From assembly GCA_043811915.1 (NCBI GenBank), contig JBDRMS010000006.1:22870-86869 (forward strand): 64,000 nucleotides of DNA, given 5' to 3'. How positions within the stretch are numbered: the stretch's first letter is position 1; the number at the start of each line of letters is the position of its first letter. Below are positions 58,184 through 64,000 of this stretch, piece by piece. The notes under the pieces are model-generated. The model made no database searches, was not told the DNA's origin, and worked only from the letters and a program-made list of their open reading frames with translations. The translations under genes were made by a program, and so were the position numbers. This DNA is from a bacterium. GTDB lineage: Bacteria; Patescibacteriota; Andersenbacteria; UBA10190.

Positions 58184-60301
58184 ATGGAGACCGCGGACAA
58201 ATTTCTTCAAGTACCAATAGAAAAAGTACGCAACTTTGGTATTATCGCGCACATTGATGCCGGTAAGACAACCATGACGGAGCGGGTGTTGTTTTACACC
58301 GGGTTGACTCACAAAATTGGTGAAGTGCACGAAGGAGAGGCTGTGATGGACTGGATGGAGCAGGAGCAGGAGCGGGGCATTACTATTACCTCGGCTACCA
58401 CGACGGCATTTTGGCGGGAACATCGTTTGAATTTAATTGATACACCCGGACACGTTGATTTTACTGTTGAAGTGGAGCGCTCCCTGCGGGTATTGGACGG
58501 AGCGGTGGTAGTGTTCGATGGCGTGGCCGGGGTGGAGCCGCAAAGTGAGACGGTGTGGCATCAGGCAGAACGTTATGGGGTGCCGTGCATGTGTTTTATA
58601 AACAAGCTGGACCGAACCGGGGCTGATTTCTGGAAAGCAGTAGAATCAATTCATGAACGGTTGACTAAAAATACGGTGATTATGACTTTGCCGATCGGAA
58701 TGGAGGACAAATTGGAGGGAATAGTGGATTTACTGACGCAAAAGGCCTGGTACTTTGAAGGGGAGATGGGTGAGAAAGTGGTTATTAGGGAAATACCGGG
58801 TGAATTGCTGGCAGAGGCTAAACAGCGACGTGAAGAGACGGTTGAGAAAATATCGGGAACTGATGATATTTTGACAGAGAAGTTTCTGAAGGGAGGAGAA
58901 ATAACAAATGAAGAGCTGGTGGCGGCGTTGCGGAAAGCGGTTATTGCTAATCAACTGGTACCCGTGTTTTGCGGCTCGGCTTTGAAGAATAAGGGAGTGC
59001 AAAGAGTGCTGGATGCGGTGGTAGATCTGTTGCCGGCGCCGACTGATTTGCCGCCGGTGGAAGGAACTCACCCGGCTGACCCGGAAACCAGGCTGACTCG
59101 AGAGCCTAGGGATAGCGAACCATTTTGTGCATTGGCATTTAAGGTGTTGACTGATTCCTACGTGGGCCAGCTGACATACTTCAGAGTGTATTCAGGCAGA
59201 CTAAAAGCGGGATCTTATGTGCTGAATGCGTCAAATGGCAAGAGAGAAAGAATCGGACGGATTTTACGGATGCATGCCAATGATCGTGAAGAGGTAGCAG
59301 AAATCGGGGCGGGCGGTATTGGTGCGCTGGTGGGAATGAAAAATACTACTACGGGTGATACCCTGTGTGACGAGGACGAGCCGATTGTGCTGGAGCGAAT
59401 CACCGGAGTGGATCCGGTTATTGCTATTGCGGTTGAGCCGAAAACAAAAGCAGACCAGGAAAAAATGGGGCAAGCCCTGAAGGCGTTAATGGATGAGGAT
59501 CCGACTTTTCATGTACGGACGGATGAGGAAACTATGCAGACAATAATGGAAGGCATGGGTGAGCTGCACCTGGATATTAAGGCGGACAGATTAAGGCGGG
59601 AGTTTAATGTAGAAGTGAATATGGGTAAACCCCAAGTGGCTTACAAGGAAACTATTACTGACACAGTTGAGGTAGAAGGCAAGTACATTAAGCAAAGTGG
59701 CGGGCGCGGTCAGTATGGGCATGTGTGGCTGCGGCTGGAACCTTTGGAACGAGGAAGCGGAACGGAGTTTGTTGATGAAATCAGAGGCGGTGTTATTCCC
59801 CATGAATATATTCCGGCCATTGGCAAAGGTTTTAAAGAAGCGGTGGAGGGTGGTGTAATAGCGGGGTATCCGGTGGTGGATGTGAGAGCAGTTGTATTCG
59901 ACGGCAGCTTCCATGAAGTGGACAGCTCGGAGATTGCTTTTAAAATTGCGTCTATTATGGCTTTTAAAGAAGGGGTTAGAAGAGCCAAGCCAATTTTACT
60001 TGAACCTATTATGAGGGTAGAAGCTATTGTGCCGGAGCAGTACATGGGTGACGTGGTGGGAGATTTGAACTCACGTCGCGGCCGGGTGGAGAATATTGAA
60101 GACAGGGCACAGGTTAAGATAATAACGGCACTGGTGCCGCTGGCAGAGATGTTTGGTTACGCCACGGCGCTGCGCTCGCTAAGCTCGGGGCGAGCTAATT
60201 ATTCCATGCAGTTTGATCATTATCTGGAAGTGCCCCGCAACATTCAGGAAGAAATAGTCGGCATTAAAGCCGCGGAAAAGGGAAAAGGGAAGAAAGAGTA
60301 G
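58184..60301 (+). CDS. fusA: Elongation factor G
   Basis: [27 protein letters not shown]. Confidence 0.98.
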   Translation: METADKFLQVPIEKVRNFGIIAHIDAGKTTMTERVLFYTGLTHKIGEVHEGEAVMDWMEQEQERGITITSATTTAFWREHRLNLIDTPGHVDFTVEVERSLRVLDGAVVVFDGVAGVEPQSETVWHQAERYGVPCMCFINKLDRTGADFWKAVESIHERLTKNTVIMTLPIGMEDKLEGIVDLLTQKAWYFEGEMGEKVVIREIPGELLAEAKQRREETVEKISGTDDILTEKFLKGGEITNEELVAALRKAVIANQLVPVFCGSALKNKGVQRVLDAVVDLLPAPTDLPPVEGTHPADPETRLTREPRDSEPFCALAFKVLTDSYVGQLTYFRVYSGRLKAGSYVLNASNGKRERIGRILRMHANDREEVAEIGAGGIGALVGMKNTTTGDTLCDEDEPIVLERITGVDPVIAIAVEPKTKADQEKMGQALKALMDEDPTFHVRTDEETMQTIMEGMGELHLDIKADRLRREFNVEVNMGKPQVAYKETITDTVEVEGKYIKQSGGRGQYGHVWLRLEPLERGSGTEFVDEIRGGVIPHEYIPAIGKGFKEAVEGGVIAGYPVVDVRAVVFDGSFHEVDSSEIAFKIASIMAFKEGVRRAKPILLEPIMRVEAIVPEQYMGDVVGDLNSRRGRVENIEDRAQVKIITALVPLAEMFGYATALRSLSSGRANYSMQFDHYLEVPRNIQEEIVGIKAAEKGKGKKE

Positions 60302-60342
60302 TGGGTTTGACTTACTGATTTGTCAAGGGGTAGAGTTAACTG

Positions 60343-60705
60343 ATGCGTAAAAAAGATTTAAGCCAGGCTTTGGTGAGCTTAAGAGAACTGGGAGGGTACT
60401 TTGTATTTAAGGACGAAGTGGGGGAGGAGTACGTGCTTTTGAGCAAGCGGGAGTTTGACGGGCGGCAGGCATCGGACGAGCCGGAGGTGCAGCTGTCGTT
60501 GGCTGATGCCCCTAAACTGGAAACAGAGGCGCGGGCAGACTATGTGCTGGAACGGATAAACAGGGAAATTGCTTTGTATCAGTTGCGGCAACAGGAGGAC
60601 GAGATGGCAGAGATGACGGATGAGGAAGCGGAACAGCTGGAGAGAGGAGCCAGGGTGCGCTTTGAGCCGCTGCGAGGAGACTTGCCGCCGGAGTTGCAGG
60701 AGTAG
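60343..60705 (+). CDS. Hypothetical acidic protein between fusA and tuf
   Basis: 120 aa; [11 protein letters not shown] and terminal F.FEP pattern; own promoter-like signal. Confidence 0.65.
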   Translation: MRKKDLSQALVSLRELGGYFVFKDEVGEEYVLLSKREFDGRQASDEPEVQLSLADAPKLETEARADYVLERINREIALYQLRQQEDEMAEMTDEEAEQLERGARVRFEPLRGDLPPELQE

Positions 60706-60799
60706 GCTTTTTGACATTCCGTGAAGGAAATGCTACAAAGGTCTTATCCTCATTATTAGGAGGGGTTTTATTGTTAAGATTAAATAAACCATTAGAACT

Positions 60800-61993
60800 A
60801 TGGCAGAAAAATTTGAGCGAACAAAGCCGCACGTTAACGTCGGAACCATTGGTCACGTTGACCACGGCAAAACGACTTTGACGGCAGCTATATTGCACGT
60901 CATGGGCATGAAGGGCGGTGCCAAAAAGGTGCTGTCCGTTGACGAGATTGATAATGCTCCGGAAGAAAGGGAGCGAGGCATTACTATCGCCACAACCCAC
61001 TGTGAGTATGAGTCTGACAAGAGACATTATGCGCACGTTGATTGTCCGGGACACGCAGACTACATAAAGAACATGATTACGGGTGCCGCCCAAATGGACG
61101 GAGCCATTCTGGTGGTGTCGGCGGCAGATGGTCCTATGCCCCAGACCAGGGAGCACATTTTGCTGGCGCGCCAGGTGGGCGTGCCGCAGATTGTGGTGTT
61201 TTTAAACAAGGTGGATCAGGTTGATGACGAGGAGCTGGTTGACCTGGTGGAGGAGGAAATCAAAGACCTTTTGAAAAAGTACGAGTACGACGCTGAAAAA
61301 ACACCGATTATTCGAGGCAGTGCCCTGAAAGCGCTGGATACTAAAAGCCCGGATGACGAGGCGGCCAAGCCGATTGTGGCGTTGGTGGAAGCTTTGGATG
61401 TGGCTATTCCGGAGCCGGTGCGCGATGTTGACAAACCTTTCCTGATGCCGGTGGAAGATGTGTTTTCCATTGAGGGGCGGGGTACGGTGGTAACTGGCAG
61501 AATTGAGCGAGGTAAAGTTAACTTAAATGAAGAAGTCGAAGTGGTTGGGTTGCGAGAGACACAGAAGACGGTGGTAACGGGAATTGAGATGTTCAATAAG
61601 CAGCTGGATGAAGGCCAAGCTGGTGACAACGCCGGTTTGTTGTTGCGCGGTTTGAAGAAGGAAGATGTGGAGCGCGGCCAAGTACTGGCGGCTCCGGGCA
61701 GTATCACACCCCATACCAAATTTGAGGGCGAGGTGTATGTTCTGACTAAAGATGAAGGCGGCCGGCACACACCGTTTTTCAAGGGATATAAACCGCAGTT
61801 CTACATTCGTACAACTGATGTAACGGGAGCAGTGGAGCTGCCGGAAGGAACAGAGATGGTAATGCCTGGCGACACGATTAGCATCAAGGTGGAACTTGGA
61901 GCTCCGGTGGCTATGGAAGAAGGCATGCGCTTTGCCTTGCGCGAGGGTGGCAAGACAGTGGGAGCCGGGGTGGCGACGAAGGTTACAGAGTAA
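60800..61993 (+). CDS. tuf: Elongation factor Tu
   Basis: [21 protein letters not shown]. Confidence 0.98.
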   Translation: MAEKFERTKPHVNVGTIGHVDHGKTTLTAAILHVMGMKGGAKKVLSVDEIDNAPEERERGITIATTHCEYESDKRHYAHVDCPGHADYIKNMITGAAQMDGAILVVSAADGPMPQTREHILLARQVGVPQIVVFLNKVDQVDDEELVDLVEEEIKDLLKKYEYDAEKTPIIRGSALKALDTKSPDDEAAKPIVALVEALDVAIPEPVRDVDKPFLMPVEDVFSIEGRGTVVTGRIERGKVNLNEEVEVVGLRETQKTVVTGIEMFNKQLDEGQAGDNAGLLLRGLKKEDVERGQVLAAPGSITPHTKFEGEVYVLTKDEGGRHTPFFKGYKPQFYIRTTDVTGAVELPEGTEMVMPGDTISIKVELGAPVAMEEGMRFALREGGKTVGAGVATKVTE

Positions 61994-62003
61994 CTAGTAA
62001 GCG

Positions 62004-62363
62004 GTGGCGGCTAAAGCAAAAAAAGCGGAGCCTAAAAAAGAGGAAGAAACGTCGCCTCTGGCGCGTATTCGGATTAAGCTGAAGGCTTACGATTGTAAGG
62101 TAATCGACCAGTCGGCGCGGCAGATTGTGGAAGCAGTGGAGCGCGATGGCGCTAAAATTGCCGGCCCTGTGCCGCTGCCGGTCAGCAAAAAGAAATATAC
62201 GGTGAACCGCGCCTCTTTTGTGCATAAAAAATCACGTGATCAGTACGAGATCCGTATTCACAAACGCTTGATTGATATTGTTCAAGCTACACCGCGTACG
62301 GTGGATACCTTGATGAGTTTGAATCTTCCGGCCGGGGTGGACGTGTCGATGAAAACCGGCTAG
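62004..62363 (+). CDS. rpsJ: 30S ribosomal protein S10
   Basis: [23 protein letters not shown]. Confidence 0.97.
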   Translation: MAAKAKKAEPKKEEETSPLARIRIKLKAYDCKVIDQSARQIVEAVERDGAKIAGPVPLPVSKKKYTVNRASFVHKKSRDQYEIRIHKRLIDIVQATPRTVDTLMSLNLPAGVDVSMKTG

Positions 62364-62485
62364 ACATCTGGAGGAATATAATATATTGTGCTTATAACCT
62401 GACACTATAGGTGGTGTAAAGGCTTTATTTTTTATAACGCATGCCGGTGCTTTAATTACCTGCCGGCCGCTGGTTAAAAACGACT

Positions 62486-63025
62486 GTGAAAGCAATACTG
62501 GCTGAAAAAATTGGAATGTCGCAGATGTTTTCTTCAGATGGAGGGGTGGTGCCGGTAACGCTGGTATCTGCCGAACCAAATGAGATAATGCTGCGGCGCG
62601 ATGAGAAGAAAGATGGATATACTGCTGTGCAGCTTCAGCATAACGATGTTCGCCGCGAGTTTAAAATTGACGTTGATGGAAAAACCAGTCATTTGACAGT
62701 GGAGCAGTTTGAGCCGGGGGATGTAGTAGAGGTGTCTGGCGTGTCGAAGGGTAAGGGTTATGCCGGAGTGGTGAAGCGACATGGTTTTGCCGGGGGCCCG
62801 GCCAGTCATGGCCATCGTCATGCTTTACGTAAGAGTGGCTCGATTGGTTCAGCTTTTCCGCAACATGTGCTGAAGGGTAAAAAGATGGCCGGACGGATGG
62901 GCAGTGACAAGGTTACGGTGAAGAATTTAACAGTAGTATGGACTGATAAAGAGAAGCATTTGCTGGCGATAAAAGGCGCGGTGCCTGGCAGGCGAGGCGC
63001 TATTTTGGAAATAACTGGTAATTAA
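62486..63025 (+). CDS. rplC: 50S ribosomal protein L3
   Basis: [26 protein letters not shown]. Confidence 0.95.
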   Translation: MKAILAEKIGMSQMFSSDGGVVPVTLVSAEPNEIMLRRDEKKDGYTAVQLQHNDVRREFKIDVDGKTSHLTVEQFEPGDVVEVSGVSKGKGYAGVVKRHGFAGGPASHGHRHALRKSGSIGSAFPQHVLKGKKMAGRMGSDKVTVKNLTVVWTDKEKHLLAIKGAVPGRRGAILEITGN

Positions 63026-63654
63026 TGATGACTAAAGCAGTAACAATGTTGGTACGGGAATTTGGCAGCAAAAACACAGAGGAGATGGAAGTGCCGGAGT
63101 ATCTAAGGATAAAAACTTCGCCGTACCTGTTGGCGCAGGCAATCAGAGTAAGTAGACAGCGCTCACGTATTCGGCGGGCGCATACTAAAGGGAGAGCCGA
63201 GGTGCGCGGGGGCGGGGCTAAGCCCTGGCGCCAAAAGGGTACGGGCAGGGCTCGTCATGGTTCGCGGCGGTCGCCATTGTGGGTGGGAGGAGGAGTAACT
63301 TTTGGGCCTCAATCGCGACGGGAGGAACGGGCGGTGATGCCGCAAAAAATGGCGCGTCGGGCTCTGGCTGGGGCATTGGGTGACCATGTGCGCCTTGGCA
63401 GCATTGAGGTGGTGCGTTTTGGTACCAATAATTTGACAAAGACAAAGGAAGTAGCCGCGGCCGCCCGCGGCCAGCGCGGCGTTTTGGTTATAGTGGCTGA
63501 AAAGAATAGCCTGGTTCGGGCAGCGCATAACCTTTCGTCGGTTAGAGTACGGCGGGTATCACAGTTAAGTGTGGCGGACGTGATGGCAGCGCAGCATGTC
63601 TGGATTGACGAGAAAGTTTTACCATTGCTAAAGAAACGAATAACAGCGAACTAA
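63025..63654 (+). CDS. rplD: 50S ribosomal protein L4
   Basis: [25 protein letters not shown]. Confidence 0.95.
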   Translation: MMTKAVTMLVREFGSKNTEEMEVPEYLRIKTSPYLLAQAIRVSRQRSRIRRAHTKGRAEVRGGGAKPWRQKGTGRARHGSRRSPLWVGGGVTFGPQSRREERAVMPQKMARRALAGALGDHVRLGSIEVVRFGTNNLTKTKEVAAAARGQRGVLVIVAEKNSLVRAAHNLSSVRVRRVSQLSVADVMAAQHVWIDEKVLPLLKKRITAN

Positions 63655-63658
63655 CACT

Positions 63659-64000
63659 ATGGCATTATTTTCTTTTGGTAAAAAACAGAATAAAGGATCG
63701 GCCGAGAAGAAAGCGGCTGCGCCGGCGGCGACGGGTGTTGGTTTACGATTACTGATGACGGAAAAAGGAACAGGGTTGCAAGAGAAGAATGTGGTGACCT
63801 TTCGAGTAGCGCGGGGCGTCAGCAAAAACCAGATTGCCCGGGCTGTTAGGACGCGGTATGGTGTGGTGCCTAAAAAAATCAGGACGGTAACGATGTTGTC
63901 CAAGAAGCGGCGGCGAGGAAACACGGCGGGTAAAACAGCAGCCTGGAAAAAGGCTTATGTTGTGGTGGACGATATGCAGTCTTTTAATTTGGGAGTATAA
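63659..64000 (+). CDS. rplW: 50S ribosomal protein L23
   Basis: TEK, F.V....K..I, WKKAYV. Confidence 0.9.
   Translation: MALFSFGKKQNKGSAEKKAAAPAATGVGLRLLMTEKGTGLQEKNVVTFRVARGVSKNQIARAVRTRYGVVPKKIRTVTMLSKKRRRGNTAGKTAAWKKAYVVVDDMQSFNLGV

Noticed and set aside
3719-61782. Numerous long antisense ORFs (e.g. 3719..4348, 10029..10721, 38367..39086, 61216..61782)
   Set aside because: Shadows of conserved genes caused by codon bias; no independent coding evidence
1-64000. Alternative genetic code (UGA recoding)
   Set aside because: Conserved genes are full length under code 11 and several end in TGA

Overview
Chromosomal segment of a small-genome bacterium, most likely Patescibacteria/CPR. This is inferred from the alpha2-type GlyRS, CPR-style pilin and surface proteins, split ComEC, TrmB-like regulator and the scarcity of biosynthetic genes. 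Genetic code 11 fits, and the + strand is G-rich. Most of the window is housekeeping: recO, glyS, leuS, hisS, rarA, parAB, topA, dprA, mfd, pth, ftsAZ, ndk, the str and S10 ribosomal clusters and three tRNAs. Four things stand out. (1) A compact cobalamin module at 41.8-47.7 kb: B12 riboswitch, two DUF4430/transcobalamin-like proteins, a solitary S-component-like transporter, class II RNR NrdJ and PduO adenosyltransferase. A B12-type radical SAM enzyme lies 5 kb downstream. (2) An ORF-free, heavily base-paired ~580-nt region at 29.48-30.06 kb with promoter and terminator signals, a candidate large ncRNA of unknown class. (3) A tRNA-Ala-like gene with 20 extra nt in the anticodon arm. (4) A RAYT-type Y1 transposase bracketed by identical 21-bp hairpin repeats. 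All family assignments come from motif recognition by eye; no searches were run.
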